A stretch of DNA of 64,000 nt from Chrysomallon squamiferum (GCA_012295275.1 CM022671.1:31372001-31436000), one strand, 5' to 3'; shown: positions 16,011 to 51,873, counted from the first letter of the stretch. Notes: a model not told the origin generated them from the sequence alone. Numbers and translations are program-made.

Positions 16011-16795
16011 TCTCACACAAAATTTAAAGAGTAATAAAACAAATTAATAATTAATTTCTATTGTTTTTATTTATTTATTTATTTATCTTTCTTTCTTTCT
16101 TTATTTATTTTCTTTCTTTCTTTCTTTATTTTTCTTTACAGTTATTCGCAACATTAATTTTCTTATTGCTTTTTTTATTCACTAGACGCGTATCAAGACT
16201 GAGTCCCTGTCTGTCTGTGATGAACCCAGAACTTAAAAAGAATAACACATGTGAAAGTTTTACCAAGCAAACTGTGGTTTTACCAAGCATTTTGTCCAAA
16301 CATAGACAACAGTCAACGTGCAGTGACGGAAAATCAGAAGTGATAAGCTGCAGAGACAGCTCAGAAGAAAGTTCTTTTCTGGATTACCATTCTGAGGGCG
16401 AAATCTACACGTCTATGCCCGATTATAGATCCCAAATTGATAATGAACTATACGGCATGACAGTGGTTCCGTACAAATGCAGAAAACTGTGGTCACTGAA
16501 GAACAAAAAGATGTACTATTTAAAAAACCACAGTGAAATTCCCATTAAACAGACACTGGCGCTGCAGCTTAATGAAGACCGATGTTACGCCCTAGACAAA
16601 CATGTTCAGTTTATTAACACTAGTTGTATTTCGGGACGGACGATGTACAGACCCAGTCGAATGTCGGATCTGGATTCGCCAAGAACGGTTCATAGTGAAC
16701 GATCGTCTCTTGAGAGCCGTCTTGAACTTATGGCCATAGCGTCCGTCCAGGAACACAATCTTCCAGAAAAGACGGATCAGAAAAGTCCAACGTGA
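15586..16795 (+). CDS. Uncharacterised ~287-aa protein; exons 15586-15839 and 16186-16795
   Basis: Two complex-sequence ORFs join in frame (donor AG|gtgaat at 15839, acceptor actag at 16185, phase 2; 864 nt). An upstream acceptor at 15530 suggests a further 5' exon. No recognisable domain. Confidence 0.6.
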
Positions 16796-17973
16796 AATAA
16801 CATCACGTGAAGTATTGCATTGATATATGGATTATCTCCCCTGCATAAAAGACGACAAATGTTGTTCGTGTACGTCATTTCTTTTGACAGTTTTTTTCAC
16901 CTCTTGCTATCTATATTTTAAACATCTAGCGATTTTCCGTATTTATTAAAAAAAAAGAAAAGAAAAAAAGAAATAGTAGAGACGTAACATCGTGTAAGAC
17001 GGTTACCACCACCGTCTTAATACTAACATTTTGATCTACCAGTTTATACATATAGTATCATTTTAGTATAAATTATAATATAATTTTAATTTTAAATTTT
17101 ATTTTCAATTTAAACGTGAAATATAAAGGCAAAAAGAAAATTAAATCCATTTAGCAAACTTTGTTTTTTTAATTTGAATAAACTAACATCTTAGTTTTAA
17201 TATTTATGAAGTGTTGAGATGTTTTTTAAACCAATCAAAAAAAAAAAAAAAAAAAAAAAAACAAATATTATTTCAATATTTATTATTAAAAAAAATAATA
17301 TATATATATATATATATATACACAAACATAAATGAGATTAAAGAGGGAGAGAAAAAATAACATGTCAGTACTCAAACTATAATTCAAACAATAAATGTTT
17401 TAACTTTTCTGCTCTTCCTGTTCCATTTCAATATTCACTTTTCTCTCCGATTTCATGAACCTCCCCCATCCTCCCTCTCCCTCTCTTATATGTATATTTT
17501 AGCATGTATTTCATTTAAAATATTAACAATAGACTGATCAATGTTAAAATATGTGTAAAACTATACATGGGTAAAACAATAAACATTTATGTTTTGGTGT
17601 AATGGAAACCTTTTAGCTTTAGAATTTTAAAATGATACTAATAATTCTGAAAAAGTCTTTTTATCCCTTCTAAAACAAAATGATAAAATAAAATTTAAAA
17701 AAAAAAAAAAAAATGATAATGATTATGATGATGATAACAAAAGATGAATTTTAGGTCTATAAAATACAGGATTAAAATGAAATAAAATAAAGTATTAATG
17801 TCTGTAAAGCTCAGATTTCGTGGACTTGTATATATGTATGTATGTGTATATATATATATATATATAAATCAGTTGCTAGTAGGTCCACACTAGACGTTTG
17901 AATGCTGACTGAATAGAAACATCCACCATTTTTATTGCACTCAGATTATTGAATCGTTTTTAATTTTATTTCA

Positions 17974-27643
<9,670 letters not shown>

Positions 27644-28359
27644 AGTCTAAACTCTAAAAATATATCTGTACATTAAAAAGAAGTAATTCTTTACACGTTT
27701 AGAAATTAAATAGTTTATAAATTCTTGAAGAAAAAATAAATTATAAAATTACAATGAAATTAAACTTCATTATTATGATTACATGCTCGACGTTCAAATA
27801 TAATTTATCATCATGAACGATAATTAAATAATTTTGCGAAAGCAACAGTTTGCTGGCATTCTGTAACAAAAATGTAGTTCTATATTATTTTAATGACAAG
27901 AAACGCGGGAGTTGTGTCAGTATTTGAAATTAATTTAGTTCATATTTATGATATTAACTGACAAGTCTCACGTTTTCCTGTTTCTTTTGATCTTATAATA
28001 TCTAGTTTTTAACTAATTACTTTTATTATCAGGGCTTATATTAAAATAGCAAAACTTTGCGCTTATTTTCATTTAACTGACTAATGAATTAAGGTAATTA
28101 TACTTAGTTATCCTTTTAAAGCTGTTATATGCTAAAAATTTTACCGGTTGGTGCTATGAAATTGCATTCATAGTATTTAGTTTCGTATTTTTTGTTTTGT
28201 TTTGTTTTATACAAATAAACATATATTTTGGGAAATTTTTATAATGTATTTAATCCGGCTTCTGTTATAAGTATTATTTTTATTTAAAATGTTTTTTCTT
28301 TTATTAGTATCAAATACGAATAAATTATTTTTGTGTAGTTTCATTTTAAATAAATAAAA
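27644..28359. promoter_or_regulatory. Probable bidirectional promoter region shared by TMEM209 and LSM3
   Basis: Divergent ATGs about 716 bp apart. A YY1-like AAAATGGCGG overlaps the LSM3 start. An acceptor just upstream of the TMEM209 ATG implies a 5' exon inside this interval. Confidence 0.6.
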
Positions 28360-28665
28360 ATGGCGGATGATAGTGAGCAGGTGGGAATTTAAAATTGAAA
28401 CATAAATGCATTCTTCATGATGTAGCTATTTCTAATAACGTGACATGTATCTAATCATATGAAGAAATGATGTATTGTTTGTGATAAAATAATTTGTTAA
28501 AGTAATCCATAACATAGATTTGCAATTAAAATTATATTCTTTCATTTTGAAAGCTAAATTAAAGGGAGATCACCTGATTGATTAGTTACTAGTTGCATGC
28601 GATCATAAACAAATACGTTATTTTGTAATACTGCCAGGACACAATTTTAAAATTCATTATTTATA

Positions 28666-28706
<41 letters not shown>

Positions 28707-29602
28707 ATTCTGATATGCATTTGAATACTGAGTCGTGAGTGATATTGATAATCAAAAAGTGTTTTGTTTTATTTAGCAAATACCAGTTCAGACTGTGGAA
28801 GAACCATTAGATTTGATTCGTCTCAGTCTTGATGAAAGAATCTATGTGAAAATGAGAAATGATCGTGAACTTCGTGGTAGACTTCACGTAAGCATCTATG
28901 TAAACTATCAGTAGTACACTGAAAATCTTTGAAACATTAAAAAATTTCAGATATTGATTTTCCTCTTACATTTTATGATTTATCATTTTAACCTGACTGT
29001 GTTTTCATATCATAATTTCAGGCTTATGATCAGCATCTGAACATGATTCTAGGTGATGTGGAAGAAACTGTCACCACAGTAGAAATTGATGAGGAAACAT
29101 ACGAAGAGATTTACAAGGTTTTAAAATTATTTTTATTTCAGAAAAAACCAAAACAAAATCTCCCTTTTTTGGATATTTTAACTTGGGGACAAAGTTATGT
29201 TCAGAAAATAATTTCTGTCATGGGCTTGTCTGGCTTTGCTAATCATTTAGATAAAAAACTAAGCTTAATTTTTTTGTTTTTGAAAATGTTACATTATTTG
29301 ACAGCAGCCAGAATTTATTTTGCAGTATTTGATATACCATTGTTATTTATCTAGCATCAAACATATTGATTTCTCTGAAACTTGATCATTTTAAACAATG
29401 AAAACAAAACAAATTAAAAAGTATAAAAACAAAACTTAACATTATCATTATGCAAATCAAACTGCAGAGATTACTTCTATTTGATATAATATTTCAATTA
29501 TAATTTTTAAATTTTCAGTCAACAAAGCGAACAATTCCCATGTTGTTTGTCCGAGGAGATGGAGTGATTCTTGTTTCACCACCAATGAGAACTGGAACGT
29601 GA
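28360..29602 (+). CDS. LSM3: U6 snRNA-associated Sm-like protein LSm3; exons 28360-28380, 28777-28887, 29022-29117, 29519-29602 (103 aa)
   Basis: MADDSEQ|[37 protein letters not shown]|[32 protein letters not shown]|[27 protein letters not shown]: diagnostic LSm3 sequence. Confidence 0.98.
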
Positions 29603-32600
29603 TTAAAACTGAGGAAAACAAATTCTTGGTCATATGTTTTCAGGTCTTACAGTTGCATTCATATACCAGCTGCATGACAACATATTTTTCCAAGTTTAAA
29701 TTCTTGTTTTGTTGTCGGCAGAGACATATAAATTCACCTTTCCTCCAAAAAGGAAAAAAGCCCCAAAACATGTCCAAAACCTACAGAAAAATGTTTGACA
29801 TAAAATTCATTGATATGAGATATTTTTGAAATCTTAAATAAGATAACTAAATCAAATATTCTAATTTTTAGTTGCTGATATTTGCCATTAAACCCGCCCA
29901 AAAATTATTATAAAAGGATTGAACTGAAAAATACTTTTTACTTTTTTATACATTTTATTTAATGTAAGAAATCCAATTTCCAAGATATTTTGTATGGATG
30001 TGGACATGATAGTGAGTTTACAGATGTTTCAAGTTTATTTTATTTCAGTTTTAATGCAAAACTTGTAAAACTGAAATGTATTTACAACTGAATATTTTTC
30101 AAGTCAGCAGAAATGGTTTTCAAGATGAAAAATAATAAATCAAATGTTGGAAAATGTTATTTTCAAAATGATTCTTTATATAGATAATATTTAATGTCTG
30201 TCCATATGAATATTTGTATAATGTACTACAGTTCATTAAAACAAATTACTGGTATTTTGTGTATAGTCTGTGAAAAAACAAATATGATCAATTAAAATAA
30301 ATAAATTGGCCACCTTTGAAGTTATGGTCTGTTCAGCTTTATTGCATTAATTCCCTCTGAAAGGTCTCATCTTATTTAAATTTGGGACAAATCGTTCTCA
30401 AATGTATCCTGCATCATTTTGTGCTTTAAAGAAAACTGGTATATAAATGGGGTTTTCTACAGATGTCTATATTATACTGTAACAGAAAATAGTTTCCTTA
30501 CAGTGTAACATCAATCATGAAATTTGTTTAAAAACACCCAATAAATAGAAACAACAACAAAAAATATTAACACAGAAGCAAACTAAAAATTATTTAAAGT
30601 AAAATGTACAATTTATTTCATATATTGAAATTGCAAGGTTCAAAATTCTGAAACATAACCTGCATGTCCAGTCAGATGTTGGACAAAAATGGACAATGTC
30701 ACTGTGTAAATCTTAAAATGGTAGACTGTTTTTGTTGTTAAAATAAGATAAACAGCATTAAGTAGGAAGTAAATGCACACATGGTTGATGGAATATCTAT
30801 GTAATTTCCGAGACAGATAGAAATTGCTCAAGCCCAACACAAAAATGGTTAGTGGTAGTTTAACACATCAGATATTTTGGTTAAAAAATTATTAGTGAAA
30901 TAACTCCATAGCTTTGTCATTTTGACTAATTTATATGACAAACCAATAAATACATGATGTCCTCAATATTCCATCATCTTTTAACAGAATAATTAATAAA
31001 ACAAGCAGATTTCCAGATAATAATTTATATTATCAGTTATCTAATTAATTGTATGTTGTAACAAATTCTGAACATTCTAGCATTGTAATTATTGAGTAAA
31101 TTTTTTATCTACAAAGTTTCAGTAAACAATTCATTTGCCCTTACAGTAAATTGTTCCATAATTTACATTGGAAATGTTTTCAATGTTTACTTCTTGATTT
31201 TGATTTATATATGTGTTTGTCTGAAATGTTTTATTAAACAGGATTTTTAAAACTATTGCTACAGATTTAAATGGTGCAAAACACTTGGCAATTCAATTTC
31301 TTGGTTATTATTTTAACAGCCCAAGGAAATGCCCTTAGCCAAAAAAAAAAAAAAAAAAAAAAAATTCCCACGTAACCAAAAAAACCAGATTTTTGTACAG
31401 ATGTCTGTATAGTATAGTAACAGAAAATAGTTGACTTATAAAAATCCAATCATCAGTTAGGAAATCTGTTTAAATAAAAAAAAAAGAAAAAGATCCCCTC
31501 CCAACAAGTAAAATCCCCAACAACCACAGGAACATACATTCTTAAAATATAATGACTCTTGATCATATTTTAATTACTATATAATAATTTGTGCTATAAA
31601 ATAAATTTATCTTACTCAGGTAATGCAGTAATTAAAAATAAAATGATGTGTATGATATGGTCCTAGCCAGAAACATAAAAATATCAATTTCATACTAAAA
31701 TTCAGTTATATATAATCTCAGTTAAGCACCTGAGGAAAAAAAAACAAATTATCTAAAGCAATAAACATAGTAGAACCTGCCTACAAAAAAGAAAAAAGAA
31801 AAAAAAGAAGGAAAGAAAAGATAATAGTAATAATAAATAAAGTAAAGAAAAAAAAGAAGTTTATGGCCAACATTTAAAATGGATCTTTTTCCACTGTATA
31901 AAAACATTCAGACTGATACCATTACTGGTAATAAATGTGTTAAGACTGGGTTGACGTAGAAGCAAACTAACATTTAACAAGTAAATTATTATTACTGAAT
32001 TTACGTAAATAAAAAAACCCAATGGCAGCTTTTGATGCCAGGATGTCATTAAACATTCATTCATTTATTCATTGTAAGTAAGTCTTATAATTCATTCGTT
32101 CTGATACTGAAATTTCTGTACGAGATAACGGGAAAAACTTCCTCAAAACAGGGATTCTGTAATGTACTTCTTACATTACAATGCAGTAGACGTTGACAAA
32201 AATATGTCATACACACACACACATATATAAAATATCTTAACAGAGCTTTTATTCAAGATATACTAAACAGCTATCATAAAACAGGTGAGTAAATAACCTT
32301 TCTTATTTTAAATGTTTAAATGATACCAATTCACAATTACATTTTAATAGTTCATACACATCAGTTGTTGCACTCACATTTGATTGTCTGGGAAGGATTT
32401 ACACAAGTCAAATATACTCTGTTTAGTCTTACATCTATTTAGAATGGAAAATAATGTTTTAATTATATTAAATAGCTTAAAGACGACATTTTTTTTTTTT
32501 TTTTTATGAAGTAAATCTTCTATTTTTTTAACAATTATGTCCTTTTCCAAGTGAATACATGTTAATAATCTAAGTCTGGTTTATCACACTGAAAACTGAA

Positions 32601-33808
32601 GAGGGTAGGAAAACAAAAATATCTTTTGAAATTGATGCTACTTGTCAGAATTGTTCAGTTTTGATTGTTGTTGTTGCTTTAGCTTGACCACTATTTAATT
32701 CTGTGCATGTCACAGCAACATCATAAAATATTCAAGTTTATATGATGAATACCAATAAAACGCTAAAAATGATATTACTTGTATTGTTATGTCCATTAAG
32801 TAAGGACAACACTGAATACTCCTGAACCAGTGTTGTCTAAAATTATTTTCATCCATTAAAACCACTCCATGATTACTAGTGACATTTGCAAAATTGTTTT
32901 CACTAGACACATATATATATAAAAAAAATGTGATATGCATGTATTTCAATCATTACTGTGTGAGAATAGTAATGGATAGCATATAAGCCAGTCGTTCCCA
33001 GAATGGATGATACTGGTCCTCTTCGGGGCAATAGACATAATTTGAGAATGCAATATCAATCACTCAACTTCGATGAAGTAAATTAGTCGGTAGTTTCACC
33101 TGTCTTGCACTTAAAAACTAAGGTGTATTAAGATAGAGAGAAAAGTTTGGGAAATAATAACTTGAGCAAGTTGGTCATAATAATACTCTCCATCCGACAG
33201 GACCAACTGCTGTTACTATTTTAAAGGTCACTTCTTGTTAGAAATACAATAAAATACCCAAAGTAATAATAATTATATTTCAATAATGTGTAGGTTGACT
33301 ATTGCTGAATCACTTTGGTTACTTCATATTTATGTTTAAATTATTTTAAAATTATGTTGAATAATAAAATAAATTCACTGTTGAAGTGACCACATTTCAA
33401 CCACTGTTCAGTATGGAATATTAAATAACTGAACCATGTTACCATTGCTATGACCATAAATGTAATACTTTTTTATATGATGGACCATCTCTGGATAATA
33501 CTTATGTTTTTCAAACTGGCTTTCACAGGAAATAAAAGTCCAAAGTTTCTAATTAACATCACTGAATTTCTGCCACAATTATATCGTAATGATCCTCCTC
33601 TTGTTAAAGTGTCTGTTGTTAGTGGTGATGATTTTTAAAATTGACATAAAAACAAAAATGTTCACAAAAATTTCGAGGGGTATCAAATCATTATATTTTC
33701 TGTCAGGGTATTTTTTGTTTTTATTATTATTATTATTTTTTTTGTTTAGTAGTAGTAATGTTTTTAAATAGTTTGCCACAAGAAATGTGTAAATGTTTGT
33801 GAATAGCT

Positions 33809-45613
<11,805 letters not shown>

Positions 45614-45879
45614 TTTCCATTTTTTACTTTTTTTATATTTTAGTTTTGCAAAACAACAGTTGACTGGTTTAGGTACATCTGCAATATTTCGTGCTGATAA
45701 CGAAAGCGCCACAAAAATAACAATTTCAGTTTGTCTTGTGTTTTCTCGCTAGTCAAATGTTTCAAATTTTCGATTAGACAATGAAAATTCATTTTATATA
45801 TAATATAGTCTCACGTAATATTTTTGTCTGCGTAGAAAACAAAATAATAAGAGATAATATTTCAATACAAACAAAGAGT

Positions 45880-47550
45880 GGCATGTAATCGGTATTTCGA
45901 CATTTCGCTACTTGCATTGACATTCGTTACAATCACTGACAATGGCATTAAAAAACAAACTTGTCGGGGGACAAAAAGAAAGAAAGAAAGAATAAAAGGA
46001 CACAAAACAAAAGCAAAAACAAATGAAATAAAATAAATCAGACTCAGGATTTCATTTAAGATTTCTCTCATGTATGAAATAACGTAATGCAAACACAACA
46101 AAAAATATTTATTTTCGTCGATCCCGATTTGCTTTTTATAGTTTACTTATGCTTAATAATTATTATCTGGAGTCTAGTAATAAATAAAACAAAATCGTAG
46201 AAGTAGAAATATACCAAATATTTTTCAGGATCTTCGTTATTCCTTGTATCTACAGTCCGATACAGTCAAGCTGTTAAATTGTTAATTTAATATATATACG
46301 TAAATCTGTGCATGAGCTGTGCGTGCGTGTGATCTACTGACATTTGTGAACTCTAGCTAAAGTAAATACAATTAAATTGGTTAATATTTAAACAGGCTTG
46401 GCTGTGGATCTTTTAAATCATAAATCCAGGATATTTCGTAACGAGTTAATACCATTATAAAAGCAACAACAAAAAAGGACCATGCCACCATTATTTCATT
46501 TTATACTTTTATGAATTTTCAATACAGTGTAATATGATCGACCATGACCATTACTACTACTGCTATTTTTATTATCATCATGATCATGATTATTATTATT
46601 ATTATTATTATTATGTAATTAAATTGCTGATAACGAAAGCGCCACAAAGATAACAATTTCAGTTTGTCTTGTGTTTTCTCGCTAGTGAAATGTTTCAATT
46701 TAATTGTATCTATATTATAGCTGTTAATATAGATTTCAAAAATGGGAAATGTTTATGCAGTAACTAATATAATCTAATACTGTGAGGATTCAAACAAGCA
46801 ACAATCTAAAAAGTTAATATTTAAGTTATTGAATTATAAATATTTAAAACTACCTTGTTGTTGTTTATGCTGCTGTTGAAGATTCGAAAGATGTTTTAGA
46901 AGATAAATATAAACAAGCATTTCAGAAAGGTGTGTTGCCCACACTTCTGTTTGATACAATAAACTAGTAAAATCAAAAAAAAATAATAATAAAACGGAAT
47001 TTTGCTATTTGTTTATTTATTTGTTTGTTTATTTATTTGTTTATTTATTTATTTATTTTCTGACTTAACTGACTTGTTTATGTATTTGCTTATTATGTAT
47101 TTTTTTACTTGTTTGTTTACTTGCTTCCTATCTTGTTATTTATTATTTTTATTTATTTATCTGAAACTAAGCCTGCTCCGCAGAGTGTTTCTTTACGCTG
47201 GAAACGCACGAATAAAGTCATGAAAAGTATCATTTGATTTCAGGAAGATGTATCATTTGATTTCAGGAAGATGTAACATTACCAGTGAAGGTTTAACTCA
47301 GATCTAAGATATTCGGTCATTCTACTGAAATTAAATGCGTGGACGTATTCTCATTGTGCTATCAGGAAGAAACGTCTCGCATGACTCACTTCTATAAAGT
47401 GCTTTTTTTTGTTGTTGTTGTTGTATCATCTTTACAATGGTCGCTTAAAAGGAGAACAGAAGCCCTTAGACAAAACCTCGGTTATTAAATGTTTGTATTA
47501 CAAACATGGTGGTAAACACACATATGTTCTCACACACATGGATGTAGTCA

Positions 47551-47588
<38 letters not shown>

Positions 47589-48051
47589 CTAGGACATGTC
47601 TACATTGAACCACAGTTGCAGCTTATCGAAGTAATCACCCCATCGAATAGCAACAGTAGATTTCTTCTTTTATGTTTGCTATAAAACTGAAAATTTGACA
47701 CATATTAATAAATAGTATTATTCCAAGATACGAGGATTCAAACAAAGGGAAGTGTTAACTGAAACAGAATGATGTAATAACAGTGCAGAAATTCTTGGAT
47801 GTTTTCTCAGAACAGGGTTCTTCAGCAGTTGGTTGTTTACCTTTTGATAAAATCCTAAACTATATGTACGTGAATATGTATATGTATATATATATATATG
47901 TGTGTGTGCGTGCGTATGTTTGTCCTTGTGTGTGTGTGTAAAACGTGAATATAAAAAGAGAATGGAAAAACATATACCACATGCAGACATATACATACAT
48001 ACACAAACATAGATCTAAAAATTAAAAAATAAAACAACTCACATTTATTAT

Positions 48052-48082
<31 letters not shown>

Positions 48083-49785
48083 TTATTATGAAGAACACAA
48101 AGTTATTAAAATGTATTTTTCTTTGTTTCATTCCTATTTCATTCTGTCGTAAACTTATAGAAATTTAAAGATAAAATGTCGTTCAATTGTTGTATTGTTG
48201 TTATTGCTACTATCTCTACTGGTACTGCTACTACGACTACTACTACTATTACTACTATTACCACTACTACTGATTTTACTATCGTATTACTATTCCTGAA
48301 GCAACAAATACAAAATTGCTGCCTATTTATAGTCCTATATATAAAAACAAGATTTTGGTTTTAAAGTAGAATTATAAGAATTCACCAAAAATGTACATTA
48401 CATATCTGAGGAGCATGTAATCAGGTATTTCGATATTTCCCTATCTGCGTAGACATTTCTTACAAAAGAATTAAAAACGTTGGGAAGAAAAAAAAAAGAA
48501 AGAAAAAAAAGAAAGAAATTAAAAGAAAAAAGGACACAAAACAAAAGCAAAAACAAATAAATAAAATAAATCAGACTGAGGATTTTATTTAAAATTTCTC
48601 TCATGTATGAAATAGCAAAATATTTGTTAGGATCTTCGTTAGTCCGAGTACCTACAGTCAGTTTTTGGAACTGACTGTTAACAGGTTATGTTAATTAAAT
48701 ACAATTAAATTAGTTAATATATAAACAGGCTTGCCTGTAGATCTTTTAAAAATAAATCATAATTCCAGGTTATTTCGTTACGACTTAAGACTGTCATAAA
48801 AACAAGAACAAAAAAGAGCACGCAACCACTAAACGAACAACAATCCTCACAAAATCCAGCCGACAATAAGTAGTAAAACAACAACATAAACAGCATGCAT
48901 CGAAAAAGAATATTTCATGTTAAATCGTTTACGAATTTTCAATACAATATAATGACCGTCGATGACCATTTGCACTACTGCTATTATTACTATTATTATT
49001 ACTATTATTATTATTATTATTATTATTATTAAATCGTAATATTTCAGTTATGTAAATGTGTATATGTATGTATTAATAGCTGTTAATATATACTTAAAAA
49101 ACTAATATAATCTAATAGTCAGTATTCAAACCACCCTGCTTTTTTTATTTATTATTTTTTTTTTCGTATATTGAAGAATTAAATAATTTCGATATTTTAT
49201 CTTTTCTCTCAGACGTAGATACACGTCCTTATGTTAAATTTATTTATTTATTATTATTTTTCATTTTTTGTTGTTGTTGTTGTTGTTTTGGTTTTTTGCT
49301 GCTGTTGAAGATTCGAAAGATGTTTCAGAAGGTAAATATATACAAGCATTTCAGAAAGATATGTTGCCCATACTGTTATGTTTGATATAATAAGCTAGTA
49401 AAAAAGATCAAACGGAATTTTACTATTTATTTATTTGTTTACTTATTTATTTTCTGATTTAACTGACTTGTTTGTTTATTTGCTTATTATTTATTTGTTT
49501 ACTTATTTGTTTACTTGCTTACTAACTTGTTCATTTATAATTTTATTTATTTATTTGTATCTAAGCCTGGTTCGCCGAGAATTCCTTTACGCTGGATAAG
49601 CACGTTCTACAAAAATGAAGTCATGAAATGTATCATTTGAGCCGAGGAAGATATAACATTACCAGAGACGATTTACTAACTCAGATATATGATATTCAGT
49701 CATTATGATTTAACTTCCCACCGTGGACTTAATCTCATTGTGCTACCAGGAAGAAAAAAGCTCAACGACTCAGCTTTTTAAAGGA

Positions 49786-49819
<34 letters not shown>

Positions 49820-51218
49820 AGATAAATGATAAAAGAAAGAAAAAAAGAGGGTCGCTTAAAAGAGTAAACAACAACAGAAAGCAATACAAAACACCAACAA
49901 ACAAATCCTTCAATAAGGAGAATGCATGCCCTTAAACAAAACTTCAGGTATTAAATGTTTATATAAAACATATATATATATATACATGTATATATATTGT
50001 CACGGGGTCCAGGGGGTAAGAGGTGTTAGCTTTCAAGTAATAACGACCCTATTAAAATATGGCTCATTTCTTGTCTAGGGTTATTTTTTTTACACATGTA
50101 TACTTATTATTTAGTGGTTCAGGATGTGGGAATTGACGCTAAATGAAATACTGTAATTCTTAATTCTTTTAATTTTCCCTAACAGCTTATTGTTAGAAAT
50201 AAATATATAACTCAAACGCTCTATGGAGCATATACAGGTTACATCAAACTGATCAACACATCTCGTTGTAATCTCCTCGGCTCTTTTGTCTTTTACTTAA
50301 ATAAACACGACGCGGACTTCAGTGAAGTCAGCAGAGCGCAGCTTAGACAAATTATTTTTGTCTCTCGCTAATGATCGTTAATTGTTAGGCTCTTTCAGTA
50401 GAAATATAATTAATACATATTGTTAGGACTATTTGTAGAAATGAATGGTTGACATATTTACTTACTTTAAGGATATATATAGGTTAATTACAAGATGTTA
50501 AACTATTTTATGTAAGCCATTTAGGTAAATATTAAATAAGTAACGACATTTTCAAAAACTGTACCTTGAAAGTAGAACAATATAAAATATACTAAGTAAA
50601 AAAATAGCTACAAGTAGGCATAACCTAAATTGCGATCAGTGGCTTAGGAAATAAGTTAGGACCATTTTGTTACGTTAAAGAAACACAGTACATCTAAATA
50701 TCACTGAAAAAACTTTCCACAGCTTGATCGAAGCCCTATCAGGGTTAGGGACCCTCCTACGTGAGGTAAAAACACGTTTTGCCGTCATAACATATATATA
50801 CGTGAATATAAAATAGAGAACGGATATACACATACCACACGCAGACATATACATACATACACAAACACACATACGTACACATATAATAATGAAACAGTAA
50901 AACAACTCACACTTATTATTATATATTTTTATTATGAAGAACAAAGTTATTAAAATGTATTTTTTTTCTTTCTCATTCCGTTTTCGTTCTGTTGTAAATT
51001 ACAGAATTGTTTTTTTTATTTTAAAGATAAAATATTGTTCAACTGTTGTATTGTTGTTGTTGCTACTACTACTACCACAACTAGTACTATTTTTACTATC
51101 ATATTACTATTCCTGAACCAACAAGTACAAAACTGCTGACTATTTGTAATCTTACATATAACCCATAGGATTTAAGTTTTAAACCAGAATCATAACAATT
51201 AACCAAAAATGTACATTA
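45880..51218. repeat. Head-to-tail tandem duplication of a ~2.5 kb non-coding unit (copy A ~45880-48399, copy B ~48413-51218)
   Basis: Collinear shared blocks: gcatgtaatc(a)ggtatttcga, atttaaratttctctcatgtatgaaata, aaacaggcttgsctgtrgatctttta, gctgctgttgaagattcgaaagatgttt, ctttacgctgga, cgtgaatataaaa, accaaaaatgtacatta. Confidence 0.9.
49998..50792. mobile_element. Candidate solo LTR (795 bp), TGT...ACA termini
   Basis: Starts TGTCACG and ends CATAACA (imperfect terminal inverted repeat), flanked by TATAT on both sides. Present in duplication copy B, absent from copy A. No coding capacity. Confidence 0.6.
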
Positions 51219-51224
51219 TATACT

Positions 51225-51256
<32 letters not shown>

Positions 51257-51873
51257 AATAAAACTTAAAATAAAATAACATAGAATAAAATACTCCAAAA
51301 CATATACAAATATTGAATAGGTCACTTCATTCCTCCGAACTTAACTGGGACACTACATAATGAGTTATTTTTTATTTATTTTTTTCATTTTTTTTTTGTT
51401 GTAAATCTTTATTAGGCCGCTGTTATTTACTGTTAGTAAAAAATATATATCATCGAAAAATCAACATAAAGCTTATATCGTTAAAAATTATTATTATAAT
51501 ATTAATGCTCATATTGTATTAAAAAAAAAAGGTAAAAAAAAAAAGCGCGTGTTAGAATTTTTCAAAGCTATTACAATCGTCCGTTTAACTCACATATGAA
51601 TTCCAATCCAACAGAATGCTCAGTTACCATGGACCAGGCGATTCTGATTTGACTTTTTTAAAAGCTGCCTTTCTGATGAAATCAAACTGGTTTTACTTGA
51701 TTTAACATTAGCAGATTGTTCTAAAGAAAATTATATATTTAGTATTATTAATACACACTTTATAAAATAATGATTTAAAAAAATTGTAATCAATTTGTTA
51801 TACTGATCCCTATTGTCACCGATCGCTATTGGAAACTATTCAGTATCTTGTCTGTTATTATTTAGTCATAACA

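Noticed and set aside
45614-45712. Upstream extension of muskelin exon 1 in the ORF track
   Set aside because: Begins at a non-ATG codon; the aaaATGGCCGCT at 45613 matches the expected muskelin N-terminus.
45700-51870. Hidden 7TM exons for the VFT receptor downstream of its last exon
   Set aside because: The hydrophobic ORFs here derive from AT-rich repeats within a non-coding tandem duplication, and I saw no class C 7TM motifs. The receptor ORF closes at 51874 and muskelin starts at 45613.
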